Shown here one piece after another: positions 39,948 to 53,960 of a DNA stretch of 64,000 bases. How positions within the stretch are numbered: position 1 is the stretch's first letter; every line of letters starts with the position of its first letter. This DNA is from the human T2T-CHM13v2.0 reference genome, Homo sapiens. The notes under the pieces are model-generated. The model ran no database searches. It worked only from the letters and a program-made list of their open reading frames with translations, and had not been told where the DNA came from. The translations under genes and the position numbers were made by a program. The stretch lies in the NCBI RefSeq assembly GCF_009914755.1, contig NC_060926.1. The stretch is one strand, 5' to 3'.

Positions 39948-40706
39948 CTCTCCTCCTTCCTCCTTCCTCCTCCCTCCTTCCTCCTCCCTTCTTTCTTCTC
40001 CTTCCTCCTTCCTTCTTTCTTCTCCTTCCTCCTCCTCCTTCCTCCTTCCTCCTCCTTCTTCCTCCTCCTCCTCCTTCCTCTACTTCCGCTGCTGCTGCTG
40101 CTGCTCTTGCTGCTGCTTCTGTTTGTGCTGCTTCTCCTGCTGCTGCTCCTGCTTCTTCTGGTTCTGCTTCTGCGTCTGCTTCTTCTGCTGCTCCTTCTGC
40201 TGCTCTTGCTTCTTCTTCGGCTTCTGCTGCTGCTGTTTCTGTTTCCTCTGCTGCTGCTGCTGCTTGTGCTGCTGCTGCTCTAGCTTCTGCTTCTGCTTCT
40301 GCTGCTTCTGCTGCTCCTTCTGCTGCTTTTGCTTCTTCTGCTTCTGCTGCTTGTGTTTCTGCTTCTTCTGCTGCTTGTGCTGCTGCTGCTCTTGCTTCTT
40401 TTGCTTCTGCTTCTTCTGCTGCTCCTTCTGCTGCTCTTGCTTCTTCTTCTGCTTCTGCTGCTGCTGTTTCAGTTTCTTCTGCTGCTGCTGCTTCTGTTTA
40501 TTCTGCTACTGCTGCTTCTGCTTCTTTTCTTCTTCTGCTTTTCTTCTGCTTCTTCCCCTTCCGCTGCTGCCGCTGCCGCTTCTTCTGCTGCTTCTCCTTC
40601 TCCTCCTCCCCCTCGGCCCCCGCTTCTCCCCTACTTCCCTCTTCCTTCCTCCTTCTTCCTTTCTCCTCCTTTCTTCTTCTTCTTTTTTTTTTTTTTTTTT
40701 TTTTTT
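39948..40706. repeat. Compound triplet microsatellite (CCT/CTT)-(GCT/TCT)-(CCT/CTT)-poly(T)
   Basis: Seen directly; abuts an antisense Alu monomer; internal ~85-bp unit repeated at offset 231. Confidence 0.95.
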
Positions 40707-40860
40707 GAGACTGGATCATGCTCAGTTGCCCAGGCTGGAGTGCATTGGTGTGATTATGGCTACTTGCAGTCCCAAACTCCTGGGCTCAAGCAATCCTCCC
40801 ACCTTAGCCTTCCGCCAAGTAGCTGGGAGTACAGGTACATGCCACTGCCACCACACCTGC
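40707..40860 (-). mobile_element. Old Alu monomer (FAM/FRAM-like)
   Basis: gcccaggctggagtgca...ctcctgggctcaagcaatcctccc...; T tract at 40683-40706. Confidence 0.8.
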
Positions 40861-40926
40861 TTTCATGTATCCTGATTTAATGTATCCTTCCTGTTTTTTG
40901 TCTGTTTGTTTATTGTTTTTCTTCAG

Positions 40927-40991
40927 GGTAAGAAGGTGGATGGCTCTGTAAATGCCTATGCCATAAATGTCTCTCAGAAGAGGAAGTACAG
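40927..40991 (+). CDS. SNRNP27: SNRNP27 exon 5
   Basis: cttcag|GGT...AG|gtatgc; 65 nt; [21 protein letters not shown](R). Confidence 0.95.
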
Positions 40992-42000
40992 GTATGCATA
41001 GCCCCCATTATTATGTTTGAACTAATAAATCAGTTTTTTACTTCAAACTTTATTATGAGATAATCATGTTTGTAGGAAATGTAGCAGTTTTCCATACTGT
41101 TCCTTGTTTGAATGAAATATTCATTGCTTATATTCTGGTGTGTTAAAATTGTTTTCCCATTTACATGTAAGCTAATAGCTATTAGAGAGAGGGTAGTTGG
41201 CTTAAATATTTTAGGACTATAGATAGTAATTTCCTCAGAAAAGCATAATTTCAAGTCTATGGGCTTTGATTTCATTATAATTTAGGTATAAGATAGATCC
41301 CTCCTAAACTAGATTGATTATGTAAGGATTTCAACTGTAAATATATTCTTCTGTTAAGTATAGGCATATTTTATTTGTACCACAGTTTTGGAGCGAACCA
41401 ATCCATACATGAAATCTCACTGAATTCTTAATGAATGAAAAAGTCAAGATATTTTCAAACATTGCCTTTCTCTCTAACTTTGTCGCTGATAAAAGATTAA
41501 TAGTCCAGTTAATTTAGATTATGAATCATGTGATTGAAAATGCTATAAGCTAAGGTACTAGAATCATCTTGGACAGTCTTTTGTAAAATTACCTTCAAAT
41601 AAGGTCTTAGGGGGAGAATCATTACAGTGTGCAATTGAATTTGCTCAATGGGTGCCTGTTTTGGAACTCTTTTCTATTTCTAAATTATATGTTTCGTGTT
41701 ACCTAAAATAAATAAGGATTTTCAATTGATTTTTTTTTTAAGTCTGTAAATCTTCTCAAATAATTTCAAAATTAAACTTCAATACTGCTATCTGGAGTTA
41801 AAAGAAATCTGAAAGTCTTTGGTTTATTTTGAAAGTAAAATAATCTCTAAATATACATTAAATTACCTTGAATAGTTTCTACCCTAGACTTTGCTATTAT
41901 AAAGATGGTTTATAGTTTTCATCTCTGATGCATGTTTTTTTTTTTTATAAGAGGAGTATAGGATTAAAAAAAAACAATGAATTTTCTCTTCTCATCATAG

Positions 42001-42055
42001 GCAGTACATGAATCGAAAAGGTGGATTCAACAGACCTTTGGATTTCATTGCATGA
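42001..42055 (+). CDS. SNRNP27: SNRNP27 exon 6 CDS to stop
   Basis: catag|G CAG...; QYMNRKGGFNRPLDFIA*; the six exons sum to 468 nt = 155 aa plus stop. Confidence 0.95.
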
Positions 42056-42385
42056 GAATTGAAGTGTTGAAGGATGATTTTTTTTCCCCTCATCTTGGTC
42101 AGAGAGTGGATTTTGTATTTTGTATTTAACTTGCATTCAAAAAACAGGATCTCAGTTCTCCTTTCTTGTAAAGTAAGAAAATCTTATTTATGATATATGC
42201 AGTTAACTTACCTTGCCTCAACAGAAGAAAGGTTAAATATTACATTTTTTTCTTTTAGGAAATATCATTTGTGGCAGGCCCATTTTATTTGTCCTTATTC
42301 CTGTGGAAGCAGTATATGTTTTCTTCCTGAATGCTCATTAGGACTTCTTAAAAAACATGAAAGTAATTTGGAAGTAAGTTTATCC

Positions 42386-42391
42386 AATAAA
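42386..42391 (+). terminator. SNRNP27: Candidate proximal poly(A) signal of SNRNP27
   Basis: AATAAA about 330 nt after the stop. Confidence 0.55.
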
Positions 42392-43764
42392 GCAGTATAT
42401 CTACCCTTTTAGATTTGATAAATATTTTTATTACTAAAGAATCTCCCCAGACATTTTCTTTTTTTTTTCACACATAGATTTAAGTATCTTGATTGTTAGT
42501 AGTCTAAAAATGGGAAGAATGAAAAAGCATAACTAGATTTTTCTATCTTCTGTGGTCGCCCGCCCCCCCCCCAAAAAATACCATTTATGGTTCTCTCCGC
42601 AAGTATAAAAGCATTACATGCAAAAAAAAGATCTCAGAGAAAACAAAAGTAAAAGAAAAGCAGAAAATCACCTGTTATCTACTCCCAGAAATAATCAATT
42701 TCAACATTTTGGTATATGTTTTTCCAGGCTTCTTTGGGTTGATCCCACCTATGAGATCAGAATATGTATGCAGTTCTTTCTTTAACCCTTTTTTCTCCTA
42801 TGTACTGTGAACATTTAAAAAGTACTTTTAAATATTCTTTGGAAACTTAGCTTTTAGTAACTACTTGGTTGTATCATAATTTATTAACTAATGTTTTATT
42901 GGTAAACATTGGCTTGCCTCCCATGACTTGCCATTATAATTAAAACTGTGACTACTATCTGTCTCCATTACATACATATTTTTGTATGTTTCATTATTTC
43001 CTCAGGGTCCGTACTTAGACGTGGCATTGCTGAGTGAGATTAAAAGGGCCATGTATACATGTTTTAAGACATTTGGTATCTCTGGCTAAAAGGTAACAGC
43101 CAACTCTATCCAGTAAAGTATGAGCATTCTTGTTTCAGATACATGTACAAATATTAAGTGTAAAATTTGTTTTAAAGTTTCCTACCTGATGGGTAAAATA
43201 ATGGTACTATTTGGTTTTGTATTTTTGTTTCATTTCTAGGGAGGATGAATATTTTTTAAATGTATTAGCCATATTTCTTTTGTGACATGCTAATTTTAAA
43301 TCTTGGATCTATTAATATTTGTCTTTTGGCAAGCTTTTCTTTTTTTCATTTGAAGAACGCTCTTTTTCTATTGAAGATAATAACCATCACCCATTCTGTT
43401 GTAGACTTTGCTGGTAGTTGAGGCTGTGTGGCTAGGTTTTAACCTATTTTCCTGAGTAAGTACTACAAACATGGAACACAATTCAGATGATACAAAGGAT
43501 ATCTAGTGATGCATTAATTGTATATCCTTTCAGAGATATTCCACGTATATACAACCATATATTTATATATGGTTGTATATATGTTATACATATATATATA
43601 TAACATATCTATATCTATCTATCTATATATATATATGTCTTGTATATAAAGATAGAAGCAAACTCTTCATACTGTTCTGCACCTAGTCTTTGTTCACATA
43701 CATCTTATACATCTTGTGATGGTTTCTTATCGGTACCGGTAAAATTGTCTCAGTTTTTTAATTT

Positions 43765-44907
<1,143 letters not shown>

Positions 44908-45719
44908 TACTTAGTTCTTTGAAAGCTTTCCTGGCACGTTAGTTCCCTGTAAAGAAAATAATAATGATAATGACTGCATTGCATGCTACAGGGTGCAGAG
45001 CACCTTGATTCACTTAATCCTTATGAGATAAATAGAGCAGGTACTACCATCTCCCATTTCCCAGATGAGAAAGCTAATGCTATTCAGCATAAAGGCAGAA
45101 ACTCTTGATGTTTATTCTACCTACTGCCTTCAATGTTTAAGTATTTGAATGTTGTACAGCTTTGAAGTACCCATTGCACAACTGTCACCACTCTAGGCAT
45201 TTGGATTGTTTTGCTTGGACTTTTTGCCAGCTGAGCTAAATAGTTCCCCATGCCTCTACCCACCAAAATACTATATATCTGTAAATAATCCATCATAAGG
45301 ACTGTTTCTATTTTTGTGTATACCTAAGAAAAGCAGACCTAATTGTTGTCTTAATAGTGAAGCCAAATCTTCTAGGATAAAATAATATACTCCAAACCAA
45401 AGTACTGCCTTATCATTTTATTGGTGTTGTGTTACTAGAGATTTGACTTGAAGTCCTTAAGGCAGCATACTTTGCAGATAAATAATCTGAGAGAATCTGG
45501 TAGGTCAACAGATCTGCTGTCTGTGAGCTAACACTAAAGAAATAGAAGAAGAGGAAATCTTTGAAAAATCGAGAAAAGATACCTTTGATCCCAAAAGTCT
45601 TGGTTTGAAGGAACTTTTTATCCATTAGATCATCTAATTCTGGAAGAATAACCAAAGTGCAGCATCCTTGTATTCTTCCTCTAAGAGGCTCATCCTCATA
45701 GGGGATGTAAATTGAGCCA

Positions 45720-48110
<2,391 letters not shown>

Positions 48111-48190
48111 TAGTTCTGTAACCTTTTTTCACTAACCTAGTCCCTTGATCTTCATTTTACATCTGATTACCTTTAGTTACCCAAGTACTT

Positions 48191-48351
48191 TATTTTGTAT
48201 TTAACTTGCATTCAAAAAACAGGATCTCAGTTCTTCCTTCTTGTAAAGTAAGAAAATCTTATTTATGATATATGCAGTTGACTTATCTTGCCTCAACAGA
48301 AGAAAAGTTAAATATTACATTTTTTTCTTTTAGGAAATATCATTTGTGGCA
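48191..48351 (+). repeat. 161-bp duplicate of SNRNP27 3'UTR segment 42116-42276
   Basis: Ungapped manual alignment at offset 6075 with 5 substitutions. Confidence 0.92.
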
Positions 48352-48679
48352 AGCGTCTTTCTTGTAACAGTCTTAAAACATTGTGACAAAGCTAAACTCC
48401 TTTCGAACAGTACTCAGAATGATATTGCCCATTCTTTCTGCTAATCCTTTGCTTTGTATCTTTTGTCCATGCCTGTATGTATATAGCAGAGTAGGAAATT
48501 GGGAAAATACATAGTTTGGGCCTTTAAAAAGAAAATGCTGTAAGGGTTATTTTACAATCTATTTACTCAACACTGTGCCTTAGGGATCTTTTCTTGACAG
48601 TATATATAAATCTACCTTTTAAAAAGCTGCTGCATAGTGTTTTGTGTGATATACATATGACAATTTAGCCATTGCCTTT

Positions 48680-48958
48680 TTGTTTGTTTGTTTGTTTACC
48701 TGCTCTGGCTGGAGTGCTATGTGGTGCAATTATGCTCACTGGAGCATCAACTTCCTGGGCTCAAGCAGTCCTCTTGCCTCAGCCTCCCAAGTAGCTGGGA
48801 CTACAGGCTGCACCACCACACCCAGCTAATTTATTTTTTGAGTAGAGGTGAGTTCTCACTATGTTGCCCAGTCTGGTCTCAAACTCCTGAGCTCAAGTGA
48901 TCCTCCCATTTCAGCCTCCCAAAGTGTTGAGATTACAGGCATGAGCCACGGCCCCTGG
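48680..48958 (-). mobile_element. AluJ antisense
   Basis: Diverged reverse Alu. Confidence 0.82.
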
Positions 48959-49898
48959 CTGTTGCCTCATTTTCTAAATCACAGATTTGTAGAGTGACTA
49001 ATTTTTGCAAAACAGTGTTTTTAAAGGTTTTTAAAATTTAATATTATGATGTTAGGTATCATATTAGTGTGTCCAAAATAGCCACAAAGAAAGAGATGAT
49101 ACTGTTGAACCAGAAACTTGAAATCCTGATTTATCTGCTTCGAGGAACAAAATCAATTCCTCAAAACCTTATAAGACAAAATATATTTTAATGTCATAGT
49201 AGTTAGGAGGTATCAAACTCAGTTATAAATAGGGGGCTTTAATTCCCATAGTGATAGAACTTTTTAGGCACTTCAGGATTATAATACGGTAACAGTTTTC
49301 TTCCCTGCCACTCTGGGGTGCTCTCTGAAGCGGCATCTCCGGCAGAGAACTCCATAGTGTGTGATGAGCCTGCTGCTTGCTCAGTATTGGCATTTACCTC
49401 TTAATATACTGTCCTATGCCCATCTGGAGTATAAGCCTCCCAGAGGAGACTGGGCAGAGATTAACTTGGCAGTAAAGATTATCTGACAAGTCTAATATTT
49501 TATGTCTTTGTAATTCCCCATTTTCAAGTATATATCTCAATTAGTTTATCTTGATATGTGCTCAAAGATATAAACTATTGTCATCCCATGTTTATGCTAT
49601 TACACATAGCTTTTTATTTAAAGTTCTGGTCATAAAATTCTGGTTCAAACATTCTAGAATTCCCAGCTTCTATTTCTGGAGCTGTGACTCTCAGTCAGTC
49701 AATGCTTAGGCCATGCCTTTGAGGCACTAGGTATTGAAAGTTACCACTTCTTCATTATCTTAGGATTCTCAGTTCTTTCTTCAAAACTTATACTTTCAGG
49801 TTTTCTTAATTAACTGGTCATTCCATACATCTGTGTAAAATAATTTCTAGGAAAACTCCGAATCTCAAAACCTTTGTTTTATACTTACTACTTCATTT

Positions 49899-49914
49899 CC
49901 AGTAGATGGCACCA
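49899..49914 (+). promoter_or_regulatory. CTCF motif candidate
   Basis: CCAGTAGATGGCACCA closely matches the CTCF core; lies in unique DNA between SNRNP27 and MXD1. Confidence 0.55.
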
Positions 49915-50899
49915 AACACCCTTTGAAGGTCTTCATTATACTAATCCCTAGTTGGTGTTGCTGGCTAATTGATAATTTCATCCACCACCAAGGAACGAAC
50001 ATGGTCTATTCTTCAGCTGATTCTCTAATTTTTATATAATGTAGTATTTTTGTTTGGAGTCTAAGCTAGACTTGTTGGCATTTAAATTATTTGCTGTTTC
50101 TGGCTCAGATTTCAACCTTTTTTCCCCCTTTTTAAGACAAAAATAAGTGTGACTTTCTGGTCAGGGTGATTGTAGAGGAAGGGTCATGATACTGAAATAG
50201 GACTTGGTTAAAATAAAGAGTTGAGAGTAAGAGACTAAAGACATATGCCAAATGTTTGTAATAAAATTAAAGAGAAAATATAAATATATACAAAATCCAA
50301 AATGTCAGGATAATGAAATCAAAGCATTTTTAGTATTATCACTTTGGGTACTTTAGTAGAATTGCACTCGTTTATGATTTTGAAGTTTGTTTTACAAATA
50401 ACATCCAATTTAAAAATACTCTTTTAAAACTTAGATCCTTTTATAGTTCATAAACATAGTAATTAGGTGTTCCCATTGCATGTATGAGATGTGCCTCCCA
50501 AAGAGCTTGTTACAGCGTTAGTACATTACCTGTCTGATATGGAGAAAAAAAACTGTTATATTTCTACCTTCATTTCCAACTTTGTATTGTGCTTTGAAAA
50601 CCTTTACCTTCAGTATGTGTATTTCATTAGTATTTTCATAAAGAATCAGTTTTTAGATCCAGTTAACCACTGAAACCAGAATATGCCTATATGTCAGGCA
50701 TGATTTACTACATGTTTATTCTATTTATTGAGTTGATTTAATTTTAGTGGGTTTGTGGACATTAAAAAATACATGTTTAATATTTCCCACCATAATTACA
50801 TTTACACCTTTGTCTTTCTTTTTCTTCAGTACTTGAGTTGTCAGTGTTTTGTGACTCAGTCTGGAAATCTGTTTAAACTACCTTGTCTTTATACAACTA

Positions 50900-51130
50900 C
50901 CAACAGGAGGATTGGTAATTTGGGCTCTGGGTGAGACATACATAGGTTCAGTTTCCATGTCTGCAGCTGAATGCATGACAGGGAAAATCATTTAGCCTCC
51001 CTGGGCCTCAGTTTCTTCACGTGCAAAATGTAATTAACACAACCTACCTCATGGGGTTATATTGAGGATTAGAGATAATGTAGGTAGGATACCTACACAT
51101 AGTAAGCTATTATATATTGGCAACAATAAT
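50900..51130 (+). mobile_element. MIR
   Basis: gggcctcagtttcttcacgtgcaaaatg...acctacctcatggggttat core. Confidence 0.7.
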
Positions 51131-51412
51131 AAACTTTTAAAAAAAGAAATATGTTCATGCTTTACTCATTTGTATTTTGGGGACTCAACCTACCAAGAAC
51201 TTTATTTCTACTTTTAAAATTGGAGATGTCTGTCAGTACATTGGCAGTGTAGCTTGGTTTGCCAGATAGCTTTCATTTCAAAAATTTTAATAGGTTTAGG
51301 GACCGATCTTTAACCTTTTTAGTTCTGTATACGTAACATTCTATTAAGCATTTATATTGGTACCACCCCATGCGGAAACACACAATTTGCAGACGTCTTA
51401 AAGAGTATTCTT

Positions 51413-51737
<325 letters not shown>

Positions 51738-52958
51738 CTAGAATTAAAAGGGAGGGGAAAACCCCAAAAGAGATTTAAGCAAAGAATCTTAGGGTTTAAT
51801 GCCATTCTGTAGGTTCAGGAAGTCTCTGAGCTTTAAAAAGCCGCTCGCGTGAAAGTAATTAATTATTCCATCACTTCCCGGGGGTGGAGGGGGGTGCGGA
51901 AAAGGCGCATGAGCTCAATGCTGTATACTGCAGCCCGATTCCAGCTCTTTCTTGAGGGCAGAAAAAACGCCGAGCGGCGAGCATTTAACAACGGCCGGCT
52001 TTTCTTCTCAAGCCCCGCAGCAGCCACGTGGCGCCTGCCCTAGCTCCCGGCTCACCGGCCACTAGCCTGCACCGCTCTTCGGGAGGATTCGAGGCTGGGC
52101 CCTCGCCAGCCCGAGTTCCGCGAAGCTCAGAACCTCCAGGGCCGCGGCCACCAGACCGAGGGCTCCGGCCCCGAACCCAAGCGGGGCAGAGCGCCCAGGC
52201 GACACGAGGTGCCAGCCTTCCATTCGATGGACGCCTGGCAGGTCCCCGGAAGTTTTCCCCGGGGACAGGTCTTGGCAACAGGTCCGAGGCAAGGCCGGGT
52301 GGAGCAGAGCTCCGCAGCGGCTGGTGAATCAGCGCCGCCCAGCGCCGGACCGGCCCTCCCAGCCAATGCCAGACCCGGTGAGGAGCAGCCAGGCTGCTGA
52401 CCATCAGCCACTTAGGGCTCGCCTGGCCTGGAGAAAGGTGACATCATCGTAGCTGGGAGGTTTCCGAAGGCTTCACCAATGGGAGACCGGCGAGGTGCTT
52501 GCCTTCTGCAGCTCTTGGCCAATACTAACAAAGCAAAAGGGGGCCCGGGTTGTTGGTATAGAACCAATGGGAAACAAGGAAGGAGCACGAGGCGGAGTTG
52601 CGAATCCTGTCACCAGTTGGAAAGAGGGGGTGGAGCCCGGGCCTTGTCAAGTGTGACCAACCAGCGAGAGGAGCGGACTTTGCGGGGTGGAGCCCTGAAG
52701 CCCTCTCCCAATCGCACAAGTGTAGGGGCGGGGCATTCTTTGGGGGGCCCAATGAGGAACGCGGCCGAAGCTGGCCTGTCAAGAGAAGGGGCTGGGGGCG
52801 GGGAGATGGTGAGTCGGGGATAAACACTCCGCGGCGGTGGCGGCTGCTGCTCTGCTCCGGGTTCTGTCACTGTGTCGGCGGTGCCCAGCTCACTGGCCCC
52901 CTCCCTCTCTTGTCGAGCGTGGTTGCCAGAGAGGCTCCCTCAGCCCTGCTCCGCGGGG

Positions 52959-53006
52959 TCCACAGCGGGCTCCACAGCGGGCTCCATAGCGGGCTCCACA
53001 GCGGTC
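52959..53006 (+). repeat. 4 x 12-bp tandem repeat (TCCACAGCGGGC) in the MXD1 5'UTR
   Basis: Units start at 52959, 52971, 52983 (TCCATAGC variant) and 52995. Confidence 0.9.
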
Positions 53007-53070
53007 CGGCGGCGGCAGCGAGCCCGTGGGCAGTGGGGGTTGGTCCCGTGGCTCCGGCCCCCGGTGCAGA

Positions 53071-53143
53071 ATGGCGGCGGCGGTTCGGATGAACATCCAG
53101 ATGCTGCTGGAGGCGGCCGACTATCTGGAGCGGCGGGAGAGAG
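53071..53143 (+). CDS. MXD1: MXD1 (MAD1) exon 1 CDS, Sin3-interaction domain
   Basis: MAAAVRMNIQMLLEAADYLERRER(E) is the Mad1 SID; donor G|gtgcac. Confidence 0.96.
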
Positions 53144-53860
53144 GTGCACGGGGACGGGGAGGGGTCCACTCGAAACGAGGCCGGGGGTCCTGTGGGGCCG
53201 GCCTCAGGTCCGGGCGCCCAGCCGCTCCGGGGGTGGTTGGAGGCGGGGAGACCGCGAGCGCTCCCAACCCCTCTGGCTCTCCCCACGCGCGGTCCGAAGG
53301 GAAGCCGCCGCTGCCCCAAAGCAATGAATGGGGTGGAGAAGGGGCTGCCGCCCGCCGGGGTCCCGAACGCCGCCCCTTCCCCAGCCCTTCACGAGTGGGT
53401 GGCCGGGGCCCCCTCCGATAGCCTCCCTGGTTTACCTCACCCGGGCTGGTCCCGGCCGGCCCCCAGGTGGGCCCGGCGCCCCAGTCTCCTGGGCAGAGGA
53501 GCAGCGCCTCCCGGTCCCCGGCTCACGGTGCTTGCCCCGCACCTTCGCCTGAGCTGGTTCCACTTAACCCGCACCAACCTGCTGGATGTAGCCAGTGGGA
53601 AACCCAGGCTGCGTGAGCCTAGCCACTACTGTGTCTTTCTCAACAATGAGCAGCTGGAATCCTCCTTACACCTGCTCCGAATTGACGATATTCACACAAT
53701 TTTTTTTTAAATCATTGTTCTCAGAATTCCACCTTACTCCATTTAATTATTTCCACAATATTCTTTTAAAGATAAATAAAGGAAAAAGGAAATACTGTAG
53801 AGAGGAGAGAGCATTAAATATTCTGGGCCCATTCATTAACTGGATCCTCCTGTTTTCTAG

Positions 53861-53960
53861 AAGCTGAACATGGTTATGCCTCCATGTTACCATACAATAA
53901 CAAGGACAGAGATGCCTTAAAACGGAGGAACAAATCCAAAAAGAATAACAGCAGTAGCAG
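53861..53960 (+). CDS. MXD1: MXD1 exon 2
   Basis: ttctag|AA...AG|gtaatt; 100 nt; AEHGYASMLPYNNKDRDALKRRNKSKKNNSSS(R). Confidence 0.95.

Larger units (their letters stand above)
51840..53620 (+). promoter_or_regulatory. MXD1: MXD1 CpG island / promoter
   Basis: Very GC- and CpG-rich; CCAAT at 52363, 52476, 52519, 52564, 52708, 52749; GC box 52725-52734; E-box GCCACGTGGC 52023-52032. Confidence 0.88.

Noticed and set aside
39860-40880. Long ORFs of 282, 310 and 183 aa
   Set aside because: Produced by the stop-free triplet repeat and adjacent Alu; the listed starts are TTG rather than ATG; intronic; not genes
51849-53710. Overlapping ORFs on both strands around MXD1 exon 1
   Set aside because: Expected in a GC-rich CpG island; only 53071-53143 matches a known protein
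53858-53863. TAG AAG tandem acceptor at MXD1 exon 2
   Set aside because: A distal AAG is usually weak; no evidence of use from sequence alone
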